DNA of 41,899 nt, taken from NCBI GenBank assembly GCA_018664975.1, contig JABIXH010000296.1, positions 1 through 41,899 of the forward strand. Reading direction: 5' to 3'. The notes under the pieces were generated by a model. The model ran no database searches and was not told the DNA's origin. It saw only the letters and a program-made list of their open reading frames with translations. Origin of the DNA: Nitrospina sp. (lineage in GTDB: Bacteria > Nitrospinota > Nitrospinia > Nitrospinales > VA-1). Of this stretch, positions 27,796 to 35,746 are shown piece by piece. Numbering within the stretch: position 1 is the stretch's first letter; each line of letters opens with the position of its first letter. A program made the translations under genes and the position numbers.

Positions 27796-28811
27796 TGCAG
27801 CCCTTTTATGCCCGCAAACTCGGAAGATATTTCTACTTTCATAAGATCTTCCAAGGCTTTCCCAGGGGATTTGTTTTCATAAAGCACCCGGTAGGTTTCT
27901 TCCATAATTGCCGCTTGAACATTGAATTTCTTTATCAGGGAGTAAGCTGATTTCACTGTCAAAACCCCTTCGGCTACCATTTTCATATTTTCTGTTATTT
28001 CTTTTAGAGATTTTCCTTTGCCGAGTTCGATTCCCAATTGCCGGTTTCGGCTCAAGTCACCGGTGCAGGTGAGAACAAGATCGCCCAAACCAGTTAGGCC
28101 ATAGAATGTTTCGGGCCGGGCCCCAAGCTTTGTTCCAATTCGGCTGATCTCTACAAGCCCACGAGTAATCAGGGCGGCTCGGGTATTGAAACCCAAACCC
28201 AGACCGTCACAAATTCCTGTGGCGATAGCAATGACATTTTTCAAGGCTCCACCCAGTTCCACCCCTATCAAATCGGTGCTGGTGAAAACTTTCATTTTAT
28301 CTGTACTGAAAAGCTCCTGAACCTGGCTGGCAGTTTCCTGAGTTTCAGCCGAAGCCACCAGAGCAGAAGGAACACCTGATGCAACCTCTTTGGCAAATGT
28401 TGGGCCGGAAATGGAAGCTATAGAATAATTAGTATGTAAAACATCTTGAAAAATTTGATGGGTGGTAAAAAGGGTATCATTCTCAATTCCCTTGCTGGCA
28501 CAGATTAATAGACAATCTTTTTCTAAAAACGGTTTGATTTGGATTAAGGTCTGTCTAATTACATGGGTAGGAACTACCAGCATGATTAAGGTTTGTCCCG
28601 TTATGGCTGTTTGCAATGACGAGGTGGGCTGGATATTGACGGGCAAAGTGTGCCCGGGTAAAAACCACTTGTTTTCACCAGAATGGGTCAGGGTTTCACA
28701 CAAGTCTTTTTCGTAGACCCAAAGAGAAATATGGCGGAATTTACCAGCCAAATGGATCGCTAATGCGGTGCCCCAACTACCCGCACCAATGATAGATATT
28801 GTTTCATGCAT
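27792..28811 (-). CDS. gpsA: NAD(P)H-dependent glycerol-3-phosphate dehydrogenase
   Basis: Motifs IIGAGSWGTALA, GPTFAKEV, GALKNVIAIA, GDLVLTCT..SRN. 339 aa. Confidence 0.9.
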   Translation of the reverse strand: MHETISIIGAGSWGTALAIHLAGKFRHISLWVYEKDLCETLTHSGENKWFLPGHTLPVNIQPTSSLQTAITGQTLIMLVVPTHVIRQTLIQIKPFLEKDCLLICASKGIENDTLFTTHQIFQDVLHTNYSIASISGPTFAKEVASGVPSALVASAETQETASQVQELFSTDKMKVFTSTDLIGVELGGALKNVIAIATGICDGLGLGFNTRAALITRGLVEISRIGTKLGARPETFYGLTGLGDLVLTCTGDLSRNRQLGIELGKGKSLKEITENMKMVAEGVLTVKSAYSLIKKFNVQAAIMEETYRVLYENKSPGKALEDLMKVEISSEFAGIKGLQ

Positions 28812-28965
28812 GTTTTGGCCTTTTGACTAAAAGATTCAGGCATTATAACGAATTCAAATAGCTATTGCTTGGGGTTTGCCTTTGTGATTAAATGATAACA
28901 CCAACCTATAACATAATTTTACCGGTTATTTCTGAACATTTCTTCATTCAAGCAGGGTTTATCTC

Positions 28966-29640
28966 ATGGCAAAACGTATTAAAGTCAGTAGAAAAGATTT
29001 ATTGAAGGAGCCCGATCAGTTTTTATCCACATCCGAAAAAGCCATGGTTTATTATATGGATAATCGGGCTACTGTTCTGGGTGGCGTTGCTGTCGTCCTA
29101 ATTAGTATTGCATCTTTTTTTGGATTTAAATATTTTAAGAAAACCCAGACGCTAGCAAACGAAGCCTTCTATTTCGAAATAGAGAAAATTGTTGATACCG
29201 CAAAAGATAGCAAACCTACTTCTGAAGTAGAATCAATCCTTAATAAAATTGGGGATGGCTTACAAAAAGAACGCGCTTCACTATTATTGGCTGACCTCTA
29301 TTTCCAAAACCAAGAATATGATAAGGCCGATGCCCTTTATTCAACAGTAATGAATAGCTCTTCTGCCGGGCAGGTCAATTACCAATTGGCGCAGGTGGGG
29401 CTTGCCTACAACTATGAATCCAATAAGCAATACCAAAAGGCGATAGATTTGTTCAAATCGGTTATTGATGCAAATACCGATTTTCCCTTGTTCGAAGTAT
29501 ATTGGAGTCTCTCAAGGTGTTACGAGTTAAACAGCGACAGTTCTAACGCATTGCTGATTTTAAGGGAAATGCAGATTAAATTTGCTACGAATCCCCAGAT
29601 GGAAAAAGTAGAGCTCCGCATTAAACAGCTTTCTGTCTAA
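28966..29640 (+). CDS. single-pass membrane TPR-like protein (YfgM-like architecture)
   Basis: Basic N-terminus, one TM helix (VLGGVAVVLISIASFFGF), then a helical repeat region with TPR-like A/Y/L spacing. Confidence 0.55.
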   Translation: MAKRIKVSRKDLLKEPDQFLSTSEKAMVYYMDNRATVLGGVAVVLISIASFFGFKYFKKTQTLANEAFYFEIEKIVDTAKDSKPTSEVESILNKIGDGLQKERASLLLADLYFQNQEYDKADALYSTVMNSSSAGQVNYQLAQVGLAYNYESNKQYQKAIDLFKSVIDANTDFPLFEVYWSLSRCYELNSDSSNALLILREMQIKFATNPQMEKVELRIKQLSV

Positions 29641-29659
29641 TAGCCTGACGGCTATTTAT

Positions 29660-30769
29660 ATGACGAAAATATCTAAAAATTTAGTAATCAATTTTTCACT
29701 TTTCCTGGTGCTACTGTTTTCCCCCCTCCCTCCAGATAGCCATGCTGTGCCTTTCATTGATCAGGAAGCCGAAATTGCTATGGGCAAAGGTGCCGACATA
29801 CAAATTTCGCAACAATATGGAATTTATCAGGATAAGGAATTACAAATTTACGTTAACAAAATAGGGCAGAAACTTGTATCCCAGTTATCTGATAAAGTTT
29901 TTCCAAACTACTATTTTCGTATTGTCGACAGTTCTGAAATCAACGCTTTTGCTTTGCCGGGTGGCTATGTATATGTGACTCTGGGTTTGTTAGCCATGGT
30001 AAATAGTGAGGCAGAGCTGGCTGGGGTGTTAGGCCATGAAATTGGACATATAATTTTTCATCATGGTGCCAAACAAATGGTGCGTAGTATCGGTTCACAG
30101 GTGTTAGCCTTGGGTGGGGCGATCGCAAGCCCAAAAAATGCAGGTCAATGGCTTGTTGTCAGTAGTGCCATGTCTCAACAAATCCTACTGGGATATGGTC
30201 GGGAAGCAGAAATTGAGTCGGATCAACATGGAATTTTGAATAGCAAGGAAGCGGGATACAGTCCCTTTGGGATGTCCAGTTTTTTAAAAAGCCTGAGGCG
30301 TAAGGAAATCATGTCAGGACAGTCGTATCATGCCTTTCAAGCATCCCACCCAGATACTCGTGATCGAATTGTTAAGGCCCACCTTATGGCCGGACGCATG
30401 ACTCATGCTTCGGAAAACGAAAATAGTTATCGTGATAGATATTTAAATAAAATCCGTGGTTTAAAATATGAAGGGCAAAAGCACGCTGGAGATAAAAAGC
30501 GTTACAACCCTCAATATATCGATTTTTACGAGGTTCAGGATGGGGATACTTTCCAGAGTATTGCGGCAAAGGAGTTGGGGGATAAGAGAAAAGATCTGGA
30601 TATTTCTGTTCTAAATGGACGTAAGGAATCCAGCCAACCCAAGCCCGGTGACTTATTAAAGATAGTACGAAATGGTGAATTCAAAAAAAATAAAATCCTG
30701 CAACTCAATCCAAGTTTTGGCAGTAACTCTGCTCTGGATCTGCCTGCGGCGCGTTTAGGCAAGTATTAG
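29660..30769 (+). CDS. M48-family zinc metalloprotease with C-terminal LysM domain
   Basis: Signal peptide, HEIGH zinc motif (LGHEIGHIIFHH), and a LysM-like segment (YEVQDGDTFQSIAAKELG...PGDLLKIV). Confidence 0.8.
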   Translation: MTKISKNLVINFSLFLVLLFSPLPPDSHAVPFIDQEAEIAMGKGADIQISQQYGIYQDKELQIYVNKIGQKLVSQLSDKVFPNYYFRIVDSSEINAFALPGGYVYVTLGLLAMVNSEAELAGVLGHEIGHIIFHHGAKQMVRSIGSQVLALGGAIASPKNAGQWLVVSSAMSQQILLGYGREAEIESDQHGILNSKEAGYSPFGMSSFLKSLRRKEIMSGQSYHAFQASHPDTRDRIVKAHLMAGRMTHASENENSYRDRYLNKIRGLKYEGQKHAGDKKRYNPQYIDFYEVQDGDTFQSIAAKELGDKRKDLDISVLNGRKESSQPKPGDLLKIVRNGEFKKNKILQLNPSFGSNSALDLPAARLGKY

Positions 30770-30779
30770 CAGGTTTGTT

Positions 30780-30965
30780 TTGGAAGACTTCCTCCTCAGT
30801 AAGGCGCATACGGTTCACCTCAAGCCTGAAGGTGAAATCTGCAATCGACTCAAACAGGGAACTCGTGTAAAGACGGTCAAAAGAAAAGGTGACTGGGTTC
30901 ACATCACTTGGCGTAGCGGTAAAAAGAAGGGATGGATACATTATCCAACTCCTGCACCGCTATAA
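30780..30965 (+). CDS. stand-alone bacterial SH3 (SH3b)-like mini-protein, 61 aa
   Basis: The sequence HLKPEGEICNRLKQGTRVKTVKRKGDWVHITWRSGKKKGWIHY follows the SH3b pattern. Only a TTG start is available and there is no clear SD, so expression is uncertain. Confidence 0.4.
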   Translation: MEDFLLSKAHTVHLKPEGEICNRLKQGTRVKTVKRKGDWVHITWRSGKKKGWIHYPTPAPL

Positions 30966-30971
30966 GCACGC

Positions 30972-31007
30972 AAATAAAAACCCCCTGACGGTTCAACCGT
31001 CAGAGGG
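30972..31007 (-). terminator. rho-independent terminator downstream of aconitase (hairpin shared with the convergent plus-strand SH3 ORF)
   Basis: Stem CTGACGG/CCGTCAG (30985-30991 and 30997-31003) with loop TTCAA, extendable by CCC/GGG. On the minus strand the hairpin is followed by TTTTTATTT. Confidence 0.6.
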
Positions 31008-31027
31008 TTTACTTGCCTAACTAAACC

Positions 31028-33286
31028 TTACTTTTGTGAACCTACGAAGTTGAGAGCAGACCCCGCCTTAAACCAATTTATCTCGTTATCGTTGAGAGTA
31101 TGATTGACTTGAAAGGATTCGGTGGACCCATCTTCGTGTTTGACATTAAGGGTGATTGCTTTACCCGGTGCCAACTGATCCAGACCTGCAAAACTGATTC
31201 GATCTTTGGCCTGAATCTTATCGTAGTCGGCCTTATCCGCAAACGTGAAGGGCAGGACGGCCTGCTTCTTCAGGTTGGCCTCAAAAATACGTGCATAGGA
31301 ATTGGCGACAAAAGCCATGCATCCCATATGACGGGGTTCCATTGCCGCATGTTCTCGACTTGAACCTTCGCCCACATTTTCCCCGGCAAACGCAACCCAA
31401 CCTAATCCGGAATCCTTCAGGTTGCGGGCAATTTTATTGAGTTCCTGATTTTCTTCTCCCGTCACAGGGTTGTTTCCATTTCCGGTTTCTGGATGAAAAG
31501 CGTTGGTCGCGCCCAGGAACATATTGTTACTGATATTGTCTAGATGTCCACGGAACTTGAGCCATGGACCTGCCTGTGAGATATGGTCCGTGGTACATTT
31601 TCCACTGGCTTTGAATAAAACCGGTAGATCTTGATAGTCGGCAACCGGATCCTGTTTTGGAAACGGATCCAGAAAAGAAAGTCGTTCACTGGTGGGGCTT
31701 ATTACAACTTCCCCTGACATGGTTGGAGATTCAAAACCTGCATCTTGAGGGGTATAACCGTTAGGCGGAAGGACTTCTCCCTCAGGCGGTTGGAATTTGA
31801 AGTCATTACCATCCTTATCCTTTAAGGTGTCGGTCAGAGGATTAAACTTCATGGATCCCCCAAACGCCATCGCCACAACCAGTTCTGGACTACTGATGAA
31901 TCCTAATGTCTCCGGGTTGCCATCGTTTCGTTTGGCGAAGTTACGATTGTAAGAAGTGAGGATACTATTTTTATCCCCTTTTTTCATGTCATCGCGTTTC
32001 CACTGTCCGATACAGGGACCGCAGGCATTAGCCAGAACGGTACCGCCCACATCTTCAAATTCCTGAAGAATGCCATCACGCTTGATGGTCTGATAAATCG
32101 TTTCGGAGCCTGGAGTTACCATCAGATTGGACTGAGTCTTAATGCCAGCCGCTTTCGCCTGTCGAACCAGGCTGACCGAACGTGTCATATCTTCATAACT
32201 GGAGTTGGTGCAGGAACCGATCAATGCGGCAGAAAGTTTTTCCGGATAATCTTTTTCATCCACTTCTGCGCTCATTGCAGACACTGGTCGACCGAGATCC
32301 GGGGTATGCGGTCCAACAATATGTGGCTCAAGGCTGTTCAGGTCAATTTCATAATATTCATCGTAGTATTTTTTCGGGTCCGCTTCCACAGAGGCATCAG
32401 ACCTCAAATCGTCCGCATATTGTTTGCAAAGATCGGCAATGGGTCCACGGTCGGTTGCGCGCAGATACGGATCCATCATCTCGTCGTAACCAAAGGTAGA
32501 AGTCGTTGCACCAATTTCTGCTCCCATATTGGTGATGGTGCCTTTACCGGTCGCACTCATGCTACGTGCTCCTTCACCAAAATATTCGACAATCTTTCCT
32601 GTTCCACCCTTAACTGTTAGCATGGTGGCAACCTTAAGGATGACATCCTTGGATGCTGTCCAACCACTCAGTTTGCCTGTCAATTTAATACCTACCAGTT
32701 TAGGCATTTTAGTCATAAAAGGTTGGTTGGTCATTACATCGACCGCATCTGCACCGCCTACACCAATAGCGATGGTGCCCATTCCGCCCGCGTTGGGGGT
32801 GTGGGAGTCGGTACCAATCATCATGGTTCCAGGACAGGCATAGTTCTCATAAACCACTTGATGAATGATTCCAGATCCTGGCTTCCAGAAGCCCATGCCA
32901 TATTTCATTGCGGCAGAACGCAGGAAGTCATACACTTCCTTATTTGTTTCCTCTGCGGCTTTAAGGTCTGCCATAGCACCGGTATAGGCCTGGATCAAAT
33001 GATCACAGTGGACAGTGGTGGGCGCAGCTACCTTAGCCATGCCTGCAGACATAAACTGAAGGATAGCCATCTGAGCGGTGGCGTCCTGCATGGCCACCCG
33101 ATCAGGATTAAGAAAAATATTGGAAACGCCACGCTCTAGCTTAGAATAGTCCGTGCTGGGATCCATATGGGTAAAAAGAATTTTTTCAACAATGGTCAGA
33201 TCTCGGCCCAGATTTTTACGGGCGGCATCACAAATACTTGCGTAGGATTTAAACAGCTTTTCAATTGGAGCTAATTCCATTAACAT
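31028..33286 (-). CDS. acn: aconitate hydratase, about 750-aa mitochondrial-type
   Basis: Fe-S ligand motifs (IGSCTNSSYEDM, ANACGPCIGQW), plus GTDSHT and a swivel-domain C-terminus. Visibly more GC-rich than its neighbours. Confidence 0.9.
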   Translation of the reverse strand: MLMELAPIEKLFKSYASICDAARKNLGRDLTIVEKILFTHMDPSTDYSKLERGVSNIFLNPDRVAMQDATAQMAILQFMSAGMAKVAAPTTVHCDHLIQAYTGAMADLKAAEETNKEVYDFLRSAAMKYGMGFWKPGSGIIHQVVYENYACPGTMMIGTDSHTPNAGGMGTIAIGVGGADAVDVMTNQPFMTKMPKLVGIKLTGKLSGWTASKDVILKVATMLTVKGGTGKIVEYFGEGARSMSATGKGTITNMGAEIGATTSTFGYDEMMDPYLRATDRGPIADLCKQYADDLRSDASVEADPKKYYDEYYEIDLNSLEPHIVGPHTPDLGRPVSAMSAEVDEKDYPEKLSAALIGSCTNSSYEDMTRSVSLVRQAKAAGIKTQSNLMVTPGSETIYQTIKRDGILQEFEDVGGTVLANACGPCIGQWKRDDMKKGDKNSILTSYNRNFAKRNDGNPETLGFISSPELVVAMAFGGSMKFNPLTDTLKDKDGNDFKFQPPEGEVLPPNGYTPQDAGFESPTMSGEVVISPTSERLSFLDPFPKQDPVADYQDLPVLFKASGKCTTDHISQAGPWLKFRGHLDNISNNMFLGATNAFHPETGNGNNPVTGEENQELNKIARNLKDSGLGWVAFAGENVGEGSSREHAAMEPRHMGCMAFVANSYARIFEANLKKQAVLPFTFADKADYDKIQAKDRISFAGLDQLAPGKAITLNVKHEDGSTESFQVNHTLNDNEINWFKAGSALNFVGSQK

Positions 33287-33597
33287 TAGACTTCACCTTA
33301 GTTTTAAATGGGGTTTCAAATAAAAGGCCCGGCAATCCATACCCGGCCAAAATTTCAAATACACTAATATAATAATTGCCATGAGTTATCCCGGTTTTTA
33401 AAGGGATGGCAAATTGCAAAGCAAACAATCAAATCATTCGAGCCACTTTTAATTTACACAGACCACTTTTCGAGGCGGATATTTTGGCATGAATCTTAAC
33501 GGATTTCAATGTTTTTCAAAATTAGTTTTTAAGGGCTTTTGCTTCTAAAAGTATTGTTATTTTAGGGTTTACCTTATATTTATTCAGGGCTAATATT

Positions 33598-34350
33598 ATG
33601 TCTTCAGTTTTCGATTCTCAGGCTTTTAATGCCAATCTCTTTTTTCCTAGAGGTGATACAGGGTCCACTCCGGATAATTGCGATGAAATTCAGGTAAAAG
33701 TTGCACCGGAAACATCTATCCATGTACGTCGGCATCCATCCTCCGAAGCACGATTCAGTTTATTATTTTTTCATGGTAATGGAGAGATTGTATCGGACTA
33801 CGATAATTTCGCGGAAATTTTTAATTCAATGGGGGCTGAATTGGTCATTGCTGATTTTCGTGGTTATGGAAGGAGTACAGGGTCCCCCACTCTCAGGGCT
33901 AGCCTTGAAGACGCGCACAAAATTTATGATGAACTTAAATCAAATGGTAAGTTAAAAGAAAAAGTCTGTATTATGGGCCGTTCTCTTGGCAGTGCGCCGA
34001 CTCTGGAGCTTTGCGCCAAACGTTCTGATGTCGCAGGATGTGTTCTAGAAAGCGGTTATGCAGACCCCATTCCACTGGTAGAAAGGCGCGGATTGAAAAT
34101 TGATAAAACCACGCCTGATGAAGATGAGGTTTTTAATAACAGCCAGAAGATTCGTTCAGTAAAATGCCCACTTCTTATCATGCATGGCTCCGACGATTTT
34201 TTGATATCACCCCATGAAGCCAAGTTGAATTATGATAATGCCGGGTCTAAATTAAAACATCTTGAAATATTGGAAGGGGTAGGGCACAACGATATGATGA
34301 TGAACCCTTCCTATTTTTCTACCTTAAAACAGTTTTTTGATTCTTTGTGA
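33598..34350 (+). CDS. alpha/beta-fold hydrolase
   Basis: FFHGNGE oxyanion region, nucleophile elbow GRSLGS, late HG.DD and GHND segments. 250 aa. Confidence 0.75.
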   Translation: MSSVFDSQAFNANLFFPRGDTGSTPDNCDEIQVKVAPETSIHVRRHPSSEARFSLLFFHGNGEIVSDYDNFAEIFNSMGAELVIADFRGYGRSTGSPTLRASLEDAHKIYDELKSNGKLKEKVCIMGRSLGSAPTLELCAKRSDVAGCVLESGYADPIPLVERRGLKIDKTTPDEDEVFNNSQKIRSVKCPLLIMHGSDDFLISPHEAKLNYDNAGSKLKHLEILEGVGHNDMMMNPSYFSTLKQFFDSL

Positions 34351-34363
34351 CAGGGAGTTTATT

Positions 34364-35560
34364 TTGAAAAAATTTTATAATATTGAAGGTTTGATTCGGA
34401 GCGGATTTAAATTAAGCCGTGACTATGAAACCCTCGATTTTACTTTTGCCAAATTCGGTGATGATGCAGTGCGAGAAATGGTTAAATCGCGCTCCATTAA
34501 ACAGGTACGCAGACTGACCATCAATGGAAAAAAGTTGACCGCAGTATCGGCGCAGGCATTGGCGGGTTCTGACAAGCTACCTAATCTGGAATCCTTGAAA
34601 TTGTATAAAAACAAAATAGGGGATGAAGGAGTAAAATATATAGCCGAATCTGATCGACTTCCAAATCTCAAATCCCTGCGATTAGCTTGGAATGAGATAG
34701 GTCCCGAAGGAGTTCGTAATCTGGCTGAATCCACTCACTTGGGAAACTTGACTTCCCTGACACTATCAGAAAATCAAATCGGTGATGAAGGGTTGAAATA
34801 TCTGGCTGAATCCAAATCCCTGAGCAGTCTGGAGATTATTGATCTCAGGAAAAACCAGATTACCGATGCCGGAGCCGTTGCATTGTCTAAAAGTAAAAGC
34901 CTGCCTAAACTGCAATCCATCGACCTTACTGATAACGCATTAACGGTGAAAGGAAAGGATGCCCTGGCCGAGTTTAAAGTTTTTAATCTTATTCGCGCAC
35001 GACTCAGTGAAGATGGCAACAAACTGGATCTCAGTAATCTGGGTATTGGAGATGTTGAGTGCAAGTGTATTGCTGAATGCGAAGATTTGATGGACTTGAC
35101 CCATCTATATCTGGAACTGAATAAAATCACAGAGAAAGGCATTGCTCACCTTGCAAGCAGTGAATATTTGAAAAATGTTACCCTTCTTTCTCTCGATCGC
35201 AACAAAATTGGAGATGAGGGTTTTATTCATATCATTAAGTCAGAAACCTTGCAGAATATTCAGGTGCTGATGGTCGAAAATGCTGGCATTACAGACGAAG
35301 GCATCAATGTAATTTGTGAAGAAGAATGCATGAAAAATCTGCTCCGCTTGTATATTGAAGAAAACGATACCACTGAAGAGGGGCTGGAGCTACTGGCCGA
35401 GCCGGAGCATTTGCAACAACTTGAATACCCAGAATTTGACCGCGAAGAAGAAATAGAAGAAGAGGAAGAGGACGAAGAAGAATTCGAAGATGTCGAAGAC
35501 ATCGAGGAAATTGAGGAAGAAGAAGACCTCGATGATGATACAGAATATGAAAATCAATAG
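34364..35560 (+). CDS. RNI-type leucine-rich repeat protein with poly-acidic C-terminal tail
   Basis: Repeats of the form LAES..L.NL.SL.L..N.IGDEG.KY. The tail is EEEIEEEEEDEEEFEDVEDIEEIEEEEDLDDD. The ORF track starts at TTG 34337, overlapping the hydrolase. I prefer TTG 34364, which lies 6 nt after AGGGAG. Confidence 0.75.
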   Translation: MKKFYNIEGLIRSGFKLSRDYETLDFTFAKFGDDAVREMVKSRSIKQVRRLTINGKKLTAVSAQALAGSDKLPNLESLKLYKNKIGDEGVKYIAESDRLPNLKSLRLAWNEIGPEGVRNLAESTHLGNLTSLTLSENQIGDEGLKYLAESKSLSSLEIIDLRKNQITDAGAVALSKSKSLPKLQSIDLTDNALTVKGKDALAEFKVFNLIRARLSEDGNKLDLSNLGIGDVECKCIAECEDLMDLTHLYLELNKITEKGIAHLASSEYLKNVTLLSLDRNKIGDEGFIHIIKSETLQNIQVLMVENAGITDEGINVICEEECMKNLLRLYIEENDTTEEGLELLAEPEHLQQLEYPEFDREEEIEEEEEDEEEFEDVEDIEEIEEEEDLDDDTEYENQ

Positions 35561-35649
35561 CTTCAGGTGAGAGACCTGTATTTGTCAAATACCCCCCTCC
35601 GGTTTTGAAGATATTTTCCTCAAAAACAAGAATAATCCGAATAAAAACT

Positions 35650-35681
35650 CAAAAAACTAATCTTAACTATAGTGGTATAAT
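35650..35681 (+). promoter_or_regulatory. candidate sigma70-type promoter with extended -10 (TGgTATAAT) for the VWA/CsgG cluster
   Basis: TG at 35673-35674 and TATAAT at 35676-35681, about 65 nt upstream of ATG 35747. The -35 region is weak (aaaact). Confidence 0.35.
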
Positions 35682-35746
35682 AGATTTCATCAAATAGAAT
35701 CATCCAAATAAATCGGCATTAAAGCATCCTCTTGAGGAGAATTTCG

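Noticed and set aside
32182-33139. Four overlapping plus-strand ORFs of 104-138 aa inside the aconitase gene.
   Set aside because: They are antisense to an unambiguous, motif-rich aconitase. They exist only because the locally higher GC content reduces stop-codon frequency, and I recognised no motifs in them.
33320-33350. GC-rich inverted repeat (ggcccggcaatccatacccggcc) in the aconitase upstream region.
   Set aside because: Only about 4 bp pair cleanly (ggcc/ggcc), which is too weak to call a regulatory hairpin or operator.
35564-35578. Hairpin caggt-gagag-acctg after the LRR gene, as a possible terminator.
   Set aside because: A 5-bp stem with a poor T-tract (tatttgtc). It is plausible but too weak to annotate as a feature.
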